From the NCBI GenBank assembly GCA_036769805.1, contig DAIPKK010000002.1:1-43175 (forward strand): DNA of 43,175 nucleotides. The letters are read 5' to 3'. Below, piece by piece: positions 1-10,464 of this stretch. Source of the DNA: Patescibacteria group bacterium. GTDB lineage: Bacteria > Patescibacteriota > Patescibacteriia > DYGC01. The position numbers were made by a program, and so were the translations under genes. A model generated the notes under the pieces. It searched no databases. It was not told the origin of the DNA and worked only from the letters and a program-made list of their open reading frames with translations. Numbering within the stretch: position 1 is the stretch's first letter; each line of letters begins with the position of its first letter.

Positions 1-231
1 ACCCCGACAACTCCAACTATCCCGACAGGTGCTGCCCCCGCCGCCCCTTCCACTGCTCTCTCCGATCGCGCGCGCGCTGCCAAAGAAGCCAAAAAAGCTG
101 AATTAGGTAATAAGAATATTGAAGAAAAACCGGGTGCGATGTTGGAAAAAATTGAAGAAATGATTGCCGAAGAGAAAAAAATCAAAGGTGCCGACGACGA
201 CACCAACGGAGCGGTAACCAATATTATCTAA
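1..231 (+). CDS. 3' end of an unidentified protein, truncated by the window edge (Pro/Thr/Ala-rich, then a Lys/Glu-rich tail)
   Basis: Frame 1 is open from base 1 to TAA at 229-231. There is no start codon in the window and no recognisable domain. Confidence 0.35.
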   Translation, partial: TPTTPTIPTGAAPAAPSTALSDRARAAKEAKKAELGNKNIEEKPGAMLEKIEEMIAEEKKIKGADDDTNGAVTNII

Positions 232-250
232 AAACCGAAACAATTTTTCT

Positions 251-676
251 ATGCCAAAAATATTTCAAGAATTCAAAGAGTTTGCCGTTAAAGGTAATAT
301 CATGGATTTGGCAGTAGCCGTGATTATCGGCGGGGCGTTTGGCAAAATTGTCACCTCCCTGGTTAATGATATTATCATGCCGTTCTTTGGTTTTATTATG
401 GGTGGCGTTAAATTTACCAATTTAAAATGGGTGATGAAAGACGCGATTATCGGTAATGATGGCGCCGTTATAAAAGAAGCAATTAGTCTGAATTACGGAA
501 ACTTCATTCAAAGCACTGTTGATTTTCTGGTCATTGCCTGGAGCATTTTCATTATGATCAAAATACTCAATAAAGTCCGCCGGAAACAAGAAAAAGAAGA
601 AACGGTTAAGGAAAATAAGGAGAGTAAAGAAGAAATATTGTTGACTGAGATTAGGGATTTGTTAAAAAAGAAATAA
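251..676 (+). CDS. mscL: Large-conductance mechanosensitive channel MscL
   Basis: 141 aa. The N-terminus FKEFAVKGNIMDLAVAVIIGGAFGKIV..DIIMP and the C-terminal LLTEIRDLL helix match the MscL family along its full length. Confidence 0.92.
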   Translation: MPKIFQEFKEFAVKGNIMDLAVAVIIGGAFGKIVTSLVNDIIMPFFGFIMGGVKFTNLKWVMKDAIIGNDGAVIKEAISLNYGNFIQSTVDFLVIAWSIFIMIKILNKVRRKQEKEETVKENKESKEEILLTEIRDLLKKK

Positions 677-683
677 AATTAAA

Positions 684-710
684 AGGGCGCAGCTAATGCG
701 CTCTTTTTGT
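684..710. terminator. Bidirectional intrinsic terminator between mscL and the convergent 636-aa gene
   Basis: Stem 684-691/697-704 (core GCGCA/TGCGC, loop GCTAA). An A-run lies upstream and a T-run at 704-708 downstream. Confidence 0.55.
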
Positions 711-734
711 TTTATTTCTGTCATGCTGAACTTG

Positions 735-2645
735 TTATCTATCCAACAATCTTTGATTATCAACCCACGCTTGGCCGGTAACCGATTTCAACAAACAACC
801 GGCATCAACACACTCACCGGCAGAGGAAAACACCAGAGAAAAAGAACAAACTCCGGATAAACATTTTTCCGAATTACTAAACTTCACCACTGCTTGTTTT
901 GCGTTTTCATCATAATATTGACTGTAATTCACACTTTGGTTACCTTGGTTCAAATTGGAATCCTTCAACCAATCCAAATAATTAACCTTATCAGCTGGGC
1001 TAAAACGATATTCAATATTATACGCGGTTTTGCCGGCTGGCAAAGCCAAATCATAATTTAACTTATATAAAAATTTACCATCAGCGTTACTGCCTAAAGC
1101 TTCCAGTTTGTTTAATTTAAGACTCAAAGCATCCTTAAAGTCAAAGATGATTATTTGACTGTCCACGGTTTGGCGCGCCCCGCCCTCGTCTTCATAAGTC
1201 AATTGCAAGTGATTCTTGATAGCGAACTCCCTCCATTGTGGTAAATTGGTAAATTTTGCCAAATCTTGCCGATCAATTGTCACGGAAAACTCTCCACTTT
1301 CACCGTCTTTCAATAAGGCAAAACCGGAAACATTACTTTGATCCCAATTGATTTTCGCCCCCGGATCGGTCCGATGAACCGAACCATCATGTTCATCAGC
1401 CACCCGATTCCAATTTAAAATATGCAACAACGGATCTTTGCTAATGAAATCATCCACAAACAATTCCAACTCCACGTTTTTAAAATCAACGCCACTTTGA
1501 TTGGAATAAGAAATTTTATAAACCACTTGATTTTGATCGGACAATGATTGCGTCCCAACCTGATCAAGCACCTTTAATCCTAAAGAAACCGCTTTGCCCT
1601 CAACCGATAACAACACTTTGTCATCAGCTAAAATCGTTTTTTTATCATCTTCGCCCATAAATAATTCTCCATAAATTTGCACTTCCGCTTGATCGGCCGG
1701 CGCGTCCTTAAAATATCCGTCCAATAAAACATACTGGGTGGTTTTTCCTAATAGTTCATCAATTTTCCAAAATGCCTCATAAAAATCATCGTGGGGTTTT
1801 TTATCAGTCAATTCCGGCTGAGAAGATACCAAAACAAAATTATTCGGCAAATTAGCCTTCACCACCAAACCATTCAAATTAGATTCTTCTTGGTTTTCAT
1901 AATTAAAAACAATGGTAGAGTTTTGATTGGCTTGCCAATTCCCCAAACTTTCCATATTAAACAAAACAGCCGGCTGACGAATCACCACCTGAGATTGAGC
2001 GGAGGCGTTAAACAAAGAATTAAAATTCTCGGAATTATAATAAAAATCCGCATCAAAAAAACGATAGATATTATCGGAAACACTGGCATCGTTGGTGAAA
2101 TAACCGGTCAAAAGCAATTTTCCATTACTGTTCGGCCCCAAATCCGGTAAATTCCAAGTGTTTAGCGAACCATCAACCGCCGCCGGTTCACTTGATAGCA
2201 GAACAAAATTATCCGGATAATTGACAATCATTTTTAAATTTTTCAATTTGGCATTTTCTTGATTATGATAAGTAATTTCATAATTGACGGTTTCTCCGGC
2301 CACGACCGTATTGTTTCCGCTAATACTAACCGCCACCTCGCTACCGGTAAAACGCCCGCCATAAGTAAAATAAAAATAACCGGCCACCAAACCAACCCCC
2401 ACAAACGCAGCCAAAATTAAAAAATAACGCAAAGCCAACATCCACCAAGTGCGTTTGCGGTGATAAAATTTAGTTAAATCATCAGTGCTAAATTCATCAT
2501 TAATTTTAACGGCGTAAATTTTTTCCAATAATTCAGTTTGCTCCTCTTCTTTTTCCTTATCAACTTTGATTTTTTCCATCGGACGATTCTCTTGATGAAC
2601 TTCCTCCACCGGATGATGCACTTTTTTCTTTCGCTTTTTCCCCAT
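735..2645 (-). CDS. Membrane-anchored surface protein with beta-sandwich (DUF11/CARDB-like) repeats; function unknown
   Basis: 636 aa with a Lys-rich cytoplasmic N-terminus and one TM helix (WWMLALRYFLILAAFVGVGLVAGYF). Repeated segments read ...N...Y.I.Y.N....L.N..I....P..F. It is the last gene of the glycosyltransferase operon. Confidence 0.5.
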   Translation of the reverse strand: MGKKRKKKVHHPVEEVHQENRPMEKIKVDKEKEEEQTELLEKIYAVKINDEFSTDDLTKFYHRKRTWWMLALRYFLILAAFVGVGLVAGYFYFTYGGRFTGSEVAVSISGNNTVVAGETVNYEITYHNQENAKLKNLKMIVNYPDNFVLLSSEPAAVDGSLNTWNLPDLGPNSNGKLLLTGYFTNDASVSDNIYRFFDADFYYNSENFNSLFNASAQSQVVIRQPAVLFNMESLGNWQANQNSTIVFNYENQEESNLNGLVVKANLPNNFVLVSSQPELTDKKPHDDFYEAFWKIDELLGKTTQYVLLDGYFKDAPADQAEVQIYGELFMGEDDKKTILADDKVLLSVEGKAVSLGLKVLDQVGTQSLSDQNQVVYKISYSNQSGVDFKNVELELFVDDFISKDPLLHILNWNRVADEHDGSVHRTDPGAKINWDQSNVSGFALLKDGESGEFSVTIDRQDLAKFTNLPQWREFAIKNHLQLTYEDEGGARQTVDSQIIIFDFKDALSLKLNKLEALGSNADGKFLYKLNYDLALPAGKTAYNIEYRFSPADKVNYLDWLKDSNLNQGNQSVNYSQYYDENAKQAVVKFSNSEKCLSGVCSFSLVFSSAGECVDAGCLLKSVTGQAWVDNQRLLDR

Positions 2646-2654
2646 AAAACATCT

Positions 2655-5117
2655 TTATTTATCGGCAATTATAAAATCCATTTGATAATCATTAGTTAAC
2701 GTTCCGGCATAGCCGTTTTGCGCATTCAACGGATAAGCATCGCTTACCGACCACTGATCAGGCAAAACAAAACTATGCTCAATATCAGTATAAATATCCC
2801 CTGATTGCTTTTGTACCAATAAACTGTAGGCGTAAGAACCACGCGCAATCGCCAAATCATACAAAGTAAAAGGCAAGCGATAAATCAAATTAAGATTGGC
2901 TTCTTTCCCCGGATCAACCGACACCCAATTGGCAAAAACCGTTTTACCAAATTCATCATGAATATTCATACCAAATTCATTATTTTGGGAAGTAGCATAT
3001 AAATCCGCCAAGTCCTTATCGGTTTCCGTATAATTTTCAATCGTTTTGTATTTTTCCTCAGCCATCCCGGTGAAACCATAAGCACTCAACAACTCACTGC
3101 CCTGAGGAACATAAATTTGCATGTAAACAGTGTTCGGTCCTGTCAAAAATGCTTGATTGGCCTGGGCGGTATTTTTGCGTTGAATATTCAATGAACAAAC
3201 AATAGATCCGTCTTTTTCAATAACCGTTTGATGGTCAATGTGTTGGCGTACTACCGCGTCACTCTTATTCCCTCCCAAATTGGCATTAACCACCAGTAAA
3301 TAATTGGATTTATCGTTTTGTAAAATTTCACCGCCGAAATTATAAGCACGAATCAAATTTTCGATTTTTTCATTATTGGAATAAAGCAAAATTTCCTTAT
3401 GCCAAAGATTTTTTAAAATCACTTTGAAAAAAGTTTCTTTTAAAGCGACATCACCGGCCAACAATTTTTCCTGCAACTGAAACAACAAATCACCGACAAT
3501 CTGTTTCGGTTTATTTTCTGCTTTATCATAATCAAGCTCCACCGCTTTTTGCAATTCATACCAAACATTGGAAGCGTCCAAAACCTTACCATCCAATTCC
3601 AATTTGATTTCTCCTAAATTATGCAACAAATCTTCCAAGACGGAAAAATTAACGGTAATTAAACCATCCACACTGGAACCGCCACTGGTCTCAAAAAACC
3701 ATAAAATCTTTTTAGCGGCGCTCGGAAAATCACTAAACCAATTACTGTCATGAAAATACCAGCGATCCTGCAAAACCTGCAACGGTTCCGGAGGCGCAAT
3801 ATATTCATTTAAACCACCTTTATAATCATAAAGGCCACCGCCGGGAACTTCAATTTTTTTAATGGCCCCGCGATCAATATCAACAATCGCCATACTCCCC
3901 ATAAAACCACCGGTCGGGCGTAATTCTTTATTGTTTTGGAAAACCACCAAATAACGACGTTGGTGCTCATGTCCCAAAGCATCTAAAACCGCCACGCGAT
4001 TATCCAAAAGTTGACGATTGATTTGCACCAATAACGGCACATACATTTGCAGCTGTTTAATTTGACCGGCATATTCCGGAATATCAGTGACTTTAATCGA
4101 TTGTAAATAATTATTACCCTGCTCCACCAAAACAGCAATGGCGGATAAATTATCCAGATAGTCTTTCACCAACAAATCCATACTTCGATCGCCTTGCTTG
4201 GTGAAAACCGTACGAATCAATTCCACAAAACGAATTCCCGCCAAATCCAAATTAACGGCGGCATTTAACAAATTATCCACCGCTTGATATTTCTGATTGA
4301 CCGACGGAATGATTTTTATAACCAACAAACTGATTGGATTGACTTCTTGCAAACGAGCATGCGCCTGAATGAAAGATCGCCCACTGACACGCAATTTATA
4401 TTCCACGCTTTGCCAATCCTGAGATAACAAATCTTCTTTTATGCTATCCAAATTATAAATGCCCTCTTGTCCCAAAGCGGCCGCCTTGGAAATATCCTGC
4501 AAATTCACCAAAAACAAAATTACCAAAGAAAATATAAATAACAACAACAAGGCAATCGCTTTAACCGCAACATTCAATGTTCCATAAAACTTTAACCAAC
4601 GATAACGCCAGGAACTGTAAACCACATATTGCTCAGCTTCAAACTTTGCTTGCTCTTTTTTGGCTTTTTCTTCGGCTTTCGGACCCAATTCTCGAATTAA
4701 CGGTTTGACACCGGATGCCGATTTCTTACGACGAGCCACTTTTACGGCGCGCAAATCTTTTTCCAATTTCAAAACTTTTTCCTCACGCTTTTTATAATCA
4801 CGCCAATCACGATCAGCGGCCGCGCCTTTTAATCTGGAAATTGATGACAAATCCAAAACATAAGGCGACAACTTTTTACCTTTATTCAAAGCAATAATTC
4901 GATGTTCCTGTGAGTCATCGTCCACCAAAAACAACTTCTCCACCTGCTCATTGTAATCATCCAAAACTTCATTGACTTGTCTGATACCAACATCCTTAGA
5001 CAACAAAAGATCCAGTTTTTTCTGGTATTTTTGCGCCAAATCATTAAAACCGATTACCTGCTCCTCCGAATAGACCGATTTTGTTTTGTTTTTTTTGTTT
5101 TTGTGGAACCGCATCAA
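2655..5117 (-). CDS. DUF4012 domain-containing membrane protein
   Basis: 820 aa with one TM helix after a Lys/Glu-rich N-terminus. The central RPTGGFMGSMAIVDIDRGAIKKIEVPGGGLYDY block is as I recall for DUF4012 proteins. It is operonic with GT4 genes. Confidence 0.6.
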   Translation of the reverse strand: MMRFHKNKKNKTKSVYSEEQVIGFNDLAQKYQKKLDLLLSKDVGIRQVNEVLDDYNEQVEKLFLVDDDSQEHRIIALNKGKKLSPYVLDLSSISRLKGAAADRDWRDYKKREEKVLKLEKDLRAVKVARRKKSASGVKPLIRELGPKAEEKAKKEQAKFEAEQYVVYSSWRYRWLKFYGTLNVAVKAIALLLLFIFSLVILFLVNLQDISKAAALGQEGIYNLDSIKEDLLSQDWQSVEYKLRVSGRSFIQAHARLQEVNPISLLVIKIIPSVNQKYQAVDNLLNAAVNLDLAGIRFVELIRTVFTKQGDRSMDLLVKDYLDNLSAIAVLVEQGNNYLQSIKVTDIPEYAGQIKQLQMYVPLLVQINRQLLDNRVAVLDALGHEHQRRYLVVFQNNKELRPTGGFMGSMAIVDIDRGAIKKIEVPGGGLYDYKGGLNEYIAPPEPLQVLQDRWYFHDSNWFSDFPSAAKKILWFFETSGGSSVDGLITVNFSVLEDLLHNLGEIKLELDGKVLDASNVWYELQKAVELDYDKAENKPKQIVGDLLFQLQEKLLAGDVALKETFFKVILKNLWHKEILLYSNNEKIENLIRAYNFGGEILQNDKSNYLLVVNANLGGNKSDAVVRQHIDHQTVIEKDGSIVCSLNIQRKNTAQANQAFLTGPNTVYMQIYVPQGSELLSAYGFTGMAEEKYKTIENYTETDKDLADLYATSQNNEFGMNIHDEFGKTVFANWVSVDPGKEANLNLIYRLPFTLYDLAIARGSYAYSLLVQKQSGDIYTDIEHSFVLPDQWSVSDAYPLNAQNGYAGTLTNDYQMDFIIADK

Positions 5118-5120
5118 ACT

Positions 5121-6221
5121 TTATTTTTGATAAATTTTTAATATATCCTCTGCCATTTTAGTCCAAGAATATCGCGCCAACCATTCATCAATATTTTCCA
5201 ATTTGGCCCGCGCCTCAGGAAGTTTATCCAAGGCCGCCAATAATGATTCAAAATTTTCTTCAAAGTAAACCGCTTTATCTTGCAAAACTTCCGGTACGCA
5301 AGTACGGTTTAAAGCCAAGACCGGACAATGTTGCTTTAAAGCTTCCAACGGTGGCAAGCCAAAACCCTCATAACGAGATGGGAAAATAAAAGCTTCCGCA
5401 TAATGATACAAACACGCCAATTCATCGGGGAGCATAAAACCGGTAAAAATCACTTGCTCTGACAAACCCAAATCGGAAACCATTTTTTCCAATTGCTCAC
5501 GAAAAAAATCTTTTTCCACCGCCAACAATAATTGGTAGTCATATTTTTCCACCACTTTTTTCCAATTCTTAATCAAAAATTCCAAGTTCTTATGCGGATA
5601 AGCACTGCCAACGTACATCAAATACGGCTTTGTTATATTATAGCGGATTTTCATTTCTTTGTCATCTGTTACGCAAGCGGGAGTTGGGACTCCCAAACCC
5701 TCGTAAACAGTAGTGATTTTGTTTTCTGACCAAGGGAAAATTTTCACCAAATCTTGCTTAGTGTAATTACTGGGGACAATGATATTTTTCGCGCGCTTCA
5801 CGGCATTCTTTAAAATCACTTTATAGGAGAATTTCTTCAATGCGTATTTCAAAGGACCAAGCGTGGTGGCGCGCTTTTGTGTATCAAACCACAAAATCAA
5901 ATCATGAATGGTCACGACATAGGGGCGATGATAAAAATAAGGAACATTAAAATGCGGGAAATGAACCAAATCAAGCTTATAAGAATTTAACAGTCGCGGA
6001 AAAAATATTTGCTCCTTCAAGCCATACCAATGCCAAGGCGCTAAAACCTTGGTAAAACGTGGGTTGGCTGGACGATAATCATCAATATTTTCCAAACCTA
6101 AAAAAATAAAATAATCATTTTCTTGATCAACTTTTTCCAAATTCTTAATCATTTCTTCAATATAACGCCCAATCCCCCGCGCAATTTTGCCATACATTCT
6201 AGCATCAATGCCGATTCTCAT
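5121..6221 (-). CDS. Glycosyltransferase, GT4 (GT-B fold) family
   Basis: Has the EGFGLPPLEA (E-x7-E) motif. I chose the start at MRIGIDAR (6221) because it makes an ATGA start/stop overlap with the upstream gene, whose stop is at 6218-6220. The longer ORF-track start at 6266 would overlap that gene by 49 nt. Confidence 0.85.
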   Translation of the reverse strand: MRIGIDARMYGKIARGIGRYIEEMIKNLEKVDQENDYFIFLGLENIDDYRPANPRFTKVLAPWHWYGLKEQIFFPRLLNSYKLDLVHFPHFNVPYFYHRPYVVTIHDLILWFDTQKRATTLGPLKYALKKFSYKVILKNAVKRAKNIIVPSNYTKQDLVKIFPWSENKITTVYEGLGVPTPACVTDDKEMKIRYNITKPYLMYVGSAYPHKNLEFLIKNWKKVVEKYDYQLLLAVEKDFFREQLEKMVSDLGLSEQVIFTGFMLPDELACLYHYAEAFIFPSRYEGFGLPPLEALKQHCPVLALNRTCVPEVLQDKAVYFEENFESLLAALDKLPEARAKLENIDEWLARYSWTKMAEDILKIYQK

Positions 6222-7402
6222 AATGATTCCATTAAATTTAATAAGTTTTCCGCGTAATTTTTCCAAGAATATTTTTCAACATTAAATGACTTGGGAAAGG
6301 CCAACTCTTTGTTTATTTTACCATGTACAAAAGCAAATAAAAGGTCTTGCAATTCATCGGGATTATCAACATCAATCGTTATTGCTTCGGAAAAATTTTC
6401 CAATAAGGCGGAATTTCCACCGACAATTACCGGACAAGCACAGGCCAAAGCTTCCAACGGCGGCAAACCAAAACCCTCATAACAAGATGGGTAAACCAAC
6501 ACTTCAGCCAGATTGTAAAAATATGGCAAATCACCGGGCGTGGCATCACTAAAAATTCTGATACCCACGTCCCCCCATAACTGATCGTAATTCCGACGCC
6601 CCCCGCCCCAGCGATCCCGCGACAACGTTTCCCAATAAGCGGTTTTCTTACCGATTAACAATAATCGGCAGGCGCGGCGGGCGGTGGCCGGTAAACCCAA
6701 CCATGCCTCAATCAATAATTTTAAGTTTTTTCTCGCCCCCAAAGTAGCCACAAAAATAAAAAATCTTTCCGGCAAATTATATTTCTGTTTAAAATCACTG
6801 AGCTTATTTTCGTCAACGATTTTATAAAATACGGATGTCTCAACCCCCAAAGGTAAAACTTTTATTTTTTCCACCGGAATACCCAAGCTTTGCAAATCAT
6901 GAGCGGTTGACTGGGAAACACTCAATAAACGGTTGGCGCGTTGAAATAATTTTTTATAACCAATTCCCCAATGCCACAAACGTTCTTTGAAACTGTAAAA
7001 GTCAGGAAACAAATGAAAAGATAAATCGTGAACCGTTAACAATAATTTTATGTTTGATGATAAATTCAAATAATTCATATTGGGTGACCACCAACAATCA
7101 ATCTTTTCAATGATATTTCGCCGGCTTAAAATTTTATCCAAACAAACCAACTTGAATTTTAATAAAAAATTTAAAATCTTATTGGGCCAATGCAAATTAA
7201 AATAACGAACATTTTGATTTTTCGTCCACTGAGCAATCAAAAATTTAAGATTTTCATTCTCCGAATAATAAGTATTGTTAAACAACAAATAATTATTGGT
7301 TTTGTCCAATGAAAAAAGATTATTGAGTACGGCGATGGCGTAAGTAGGCACGCCGGTCAAGGGATATTCGTTAAGACAACGAACATCAATGACAATATTC
7401 AT
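6218..7402 (-). CDS. Glycosyltransferase, GT4 family
   Basis: 394 aa with an YEGFGLPPLEALACACPVI motif and a GT-B architecture. Confidence 0.85.
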   Translation of the reverse strand: MNIVIDVRCLNEYPLTGVPTYAIAVLNNLFSLDKTNNYLLFNNTYYSENENLKFLIAQWTKNQNVRYFNLHWPNKILNFLLKFKLVCLDKILSRRNIIEKIDCWWSPNMNYLNLSSNIKLLLTVHDLSFHLFPDFYSFKERLWHWGIGYKKLFQRANRLLSVSQSTAHDLQSLGIPVEKIKVLPLGVETSVFYKIVDENKLSDFKQKYNLPERFFIFVATLGARKNLKLLIEAWLGLPATARRACRLLLIGKKTAYWETLSRDRWGGGRRNYDQLWGDVGIRIFSDATPGDLPYFYNLAEVLVYPSCYEGFGLPPLEALACACPVIVGGNSALLENFSEAITIDVDNPDELQDLLFAFVHGKINKELAFPKSFNVEKYSWKNYAENLLNLMESL

Positions 7403-7408
7403 AAAAAA

Positions 7409-8542
7409 TTATAATTTCATTTGTATTTGTTGGTTGGCAATGGCGTCCTTTTTTTCTTGGTGTTTTTCATTCACAAAATTACTGATTTGCGTTTTAAAAT
7501 TTTCCACGCTAAATCTTTCGGCATATTGTTTAATGGTCTGCGCATCATAATCCTCCGGACGGAAACGCATTACCGCGTCCACCAAATCGGCCCAATCTTG
7601 ATGTTTAAAAAATGTCCCACTGACGCCTTCTTTCACGGTTTCCAAAGAACCACCCTTGGCATAAGCGATTACCGGACGACCGCTGGCCATGCTCTCCACC
7701 GCGGTGATTCCAAAATCTTCCAACTGTGGTTGAATATAAGCAATCGCTTCACTATATAAACGTGTTAAATCCGCATCACTCAATTGACCGGTGACAAATC
7801 TGATATTTGATTTGGCGCGCTTTCGCAAATTTTCATATTCCGGACCATCACCATAAATCACCAACGGCAATGCCAGACGGTTAAACGCATCAATGATTAA
7901 ATCAAAACGTTTGTATGGAACCAAACGCCCGCCGGCCAAATAATAAGCGCCCGGCTTATCGGTAATATAAAACTTATTCGTTTCCACCGGTGGATAAATC
8001 ACCGTACTGGGACGATTGTAATACTTGGCAATCCGATCTTTCACAATGTGCGAATTGGCAACAAAATAATCCACGCGCTCGGCTGCCAACTTATCCCAAA
8101 CTCTTAATTTATTCAATTGCAATTCCAATATTCTTTTCATAAATCCCGGCATCTTTAAATTTTCCACATACTCATGAGAATCAGACCATAAATACCTGGT
8201 CGGTGTATGACAATAGCTGACATGCACTGTTTCCGGTTTAGTAATCACACCTTTGGCAAAAGCGCTGACACTGGACAAAACAACATCGTAATCATTTAAA
8301 TTCAACGATTCAATCGCCGAAGGCATCATTGATAAATAATAACGATACTTACTCAAAATCAGAGGCATCTTTGCCAAAAAAGACTCTTTAATATCAGAAG
8401 GAGAAAAAGTATTGGCGAATTTTTGTTTATCGGCAAACAACACGTAAATCGGGGCTTCAGGATAAGCTTTTTTAAAAGCCAGTAACACCTTTTCGGCGCC
8501 ACCGTTTTGCGTTAAAAAATCATGAACTAAAGCGATTTTCAT
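7409..8542 (-). CDS. Glycosyltransferase, GT4 family
   Basis: 377 aa with N-terminal MKIALVHDFLTQNGGAEKV and a C-terminal EDFGITAVESMASGRPVIA motif. Confidence 0.85.
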   Translation of the reverse strand: MKIALVHDFLTQNGGAEKVLLAFKKAYPEAPIYVLFADKQKFANTFSPSDIKESFLAKMPLILSKYRYYLSMMPSAIESLNLNDYDVVLSSVSAFAKGVITKPETVHVSYCHTPTRYLWSDSHEYVENLKMPGFMKRILELQLNKLRVWDKLAAERVDYFVANSHIVKDRIAKYYNRPSTVIYPPVETNKFYITDKPGAYYLAGGRLVPYKRFDLIIDAFNRLALPLVIYGDGPEYENLRKRAKSNIRFVTGQLSDADLTRLYSEAIAYIQPQLEDFGITAVESMASGRPVIAYAKGGSLETVKEGVSGTFFKHQDWADLVDAVMRFRPEDYDAQTIKQYAERFSVENFKTQISNFVNEKHQEKKDAIANQQIQMKL

Positions 8543-8553
8543 AAATTTTGATT

Positions 8554-9933
8554 TTAACTGGCCTTACGATTTCGCAAAATCGCAAAAGGGGTTTTTAAAA
8601 TAATCCACAAATCAAGCCAAATCGTCCAATGCTCCATATAATATAAATCCAGCTTAACTTCATCATCAAAGCTCAAATCCGAACGTCCACTCACCTGCCC
8701 CATACCGGTAATTCCCGGCTTCATCGCCAAAACTCGTTTGTGTTGTTCCTCATATTCATAAGTAAAATGCGGTCGCGGTCCAACCAAGCTCATATTACCG
8801 ATTAAAACATTAAAAAATTGAGGTAACTCATCAATACTCCACTTACGAATAAACGCACCGACTCTGGTAATGCGCGGATCTTTATCCAATTTAAATAAAC
8901 CGTCACGTTCGCTTTGCAATTTTGCTTGATCTTTATGCGCCCCCACGTACATGGAACGAAATTTCAAAAATCTAAACGGTTTTCCATACTGTCCGGCGCG
9001 CTCCGGAATATCCGCCAAAATTGGCCCCTTACTGTTCCACTTAATGGCAAGCGCCGTGATAATCATAACCGGGCTGAATAAAATAACTCCGACTAATGCT
9101 CCCAAAATATCCACAAAACGTTTAACAATCCGCCCCCAACCCTCCAAAGATGTCCGCTTTAATTCAACCAAAGGAATCCCGTTAATGACGTTAACATCAA
9201 TATTGGTGACACGACTTTCAAAACTGCCACTGACATATTTGAAAACCAAATGATATTTAATACACACATCAATCAACTTAACACTGGTTTGACGCGAAAA
9301 ACTCTGATCACACTGCCACACTTCTTTAACATGCGGATTGGCATCCAAAGTTTGATATAAATCAACAAATAAAGTTTCCGGGGTACTCAAAACTTTCACC
9401 ACCCGATAACCCAAATATTTTTGCTGCTGCCCCAACCAATCAATCATTTGCCGACTAATGGAATCATTACCGACCACCACAATATGCTTTAACGCAAAAT
9501 CTTTTTTATACAAATATTGCCGAATAAACAAGATCGCCAAACGTCCGATAATCAAAAAAATCGTACTGCCTACCCAAGTGAACAATACGATAAAACGCGA
9601 GGCAAAATTTTCTTTAATAAAAAATAAATACAACAACGCCACCATTAAAGTCGCGGCGGTCGCGAATAAAATTTTAGCAAAATCCTTATAAAACGGACGG
9701 CGATTACTTCCATATAATCCATTTAAAGCCAACAAAACGACGCCGATGCCCGCCACCAACAAAATCGCTTTAAAATATGAAAACAAATCAATGGAAAACA
9801 AGGCCGGACGCCAATTCAAAACAAATTGATGAAACCGCAAATAATAAGCAAATAGTCCACCCAAAACAATCATCGTAAAATCCAAAGGCAACAATAAAGC
9901 CAACAAAAACAAGTCAACTTTGCTATACCGCAT
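8554..9933 (-). CDS. Polyprenyl-phosphate sugar-phosphate transferase (WbaP/PglC-type bacterial sugar transferase); initiating enzyme
   Basis: 459 aa with N-terminal TM helices and the C-terminal catalytic block KFRSM......DELPQFFNVLIGNMSLVGPRP....E. Confidence 0.88.
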   Translation of the reverse strand: MRYSKVDLFLLALLLPLDFTMIVLGGLFAYYLRFHQFVLNWRPALFSIDLFSYFKAILLVAGIGVVLLALNGLYGSNRRPFYKDFAKILFATAATLMVALLYLFFIKENFASRFIVLFTWVGSTIFLIIGRLAILFIRQYLYKKDFALKHIVVVGNDSISRQMIDWLGQQQKYLGYRVVKVLSTPETLFVDLYQTLDANPHVKEVWQCDQSFSRQTSVKLIDVCIKYHLVFKYVSGSFESRVTNIDVNVINGIPLVELKRTSLEGWGRIVKRFVDILGALVGVILFSPVMIITALAIKWNSKGPILADIPERAGQYGKPFRFLKFRSMYVGAHKDQAKLQSERDGLFKLDKDPRITRVGAFIRKWSIDELPQFFNVLIGNMSLVGPRPHFTYEYEEQHKRVLAMKPGITGMGQVSGRSDLSFDDEVKLDLYYMEHWTIWLDLWIILKTPFAILRNRKAS

Positions 9934-9964
9934 ATATATGTTTAAGTATTTAAAGAATATTCAA

Positions 9965-10336
9965 TAATATAAGCCGAATTCTGTCCCGCCCGAAAGCGGT
10001 GGCAATCATCTATCTAGTCGTAAAATCACTTTTACGATCAAGCGAGCTACCTGTCTCTAGCACCGAAGTGCTAGGCTTGCTCTTGCTCCAACCGGGGTTT
10101 GCCGTTCATTCATGTTGCCATGAAGAAAGAAAAGTAGCCTTGCGACCTCTTTTCACTTTTCACCTTTCACCGCCGAAACGGTTAGTATTGTCTCTGTGGC
10201 ACTTTCCGTCGCCGAGTGTTATGTATTATACTCGGATCGCCAGGACGTTATCCTGCGGTTTTGTCAGCTTCCCAAAGGAAACCGGGAGTTCGGACTTTCC
10301 TCAAATCGCCGGGGCGATTTGCGATTACCCATATTA
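9965..10336 (-). ncRNA. rnpB: RNase P RNA (bacterial type A ribozyme)
   Basis: The minus strand reads ...AAATCGCC-CCGG-GGCGATTT (P3) GAGGAAAGTCCGAACTC ... GGGCGGGACAGAATTCGGCTTAT. These are the universally conserved P4 strands GAGGAAAGUCC and ACAGAAnnCGGCUUA. The 5' AATATGGG pairs with the 3' CTTATATT. Length is about 372 nt, and G+C is raised relative to the flanks. Confidence 0.9.
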
Positions 10337-10389
10337 AATATCCTTAGCTCAATTTTAATGACAAAGTCAGAAAAAAGCAACCCTAAAAC

Positions 10390-10398
10390 TGTGGATAA
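10390..10398 (-). promoter_or_regulatory. Isolated perfect DnaA box (TGTGGATAA on the plus strand) between rnpB and the radC-like gene
   Basis: Exact 9-mer match to TTATCCACA on the minus strand. Confidence 0.4.
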
Positions 10399-10464
10399 AT
10401 CGTGAAAAGTTTATGCTAGATTTATGGTCCATATGCTATAATATAAAAAAATAAGAAAAATGAA

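Noticed and set aside
9999-10405. ORF-track entries 9999-10337 (+, 112 aa) and 10196-10405 (+, 69 aa)
   Set aside because: They lie antisense to, and are fully explained by, the RNase P RNA gene. Their Cys/Ser/Leu-rich translations show no protein-like features.
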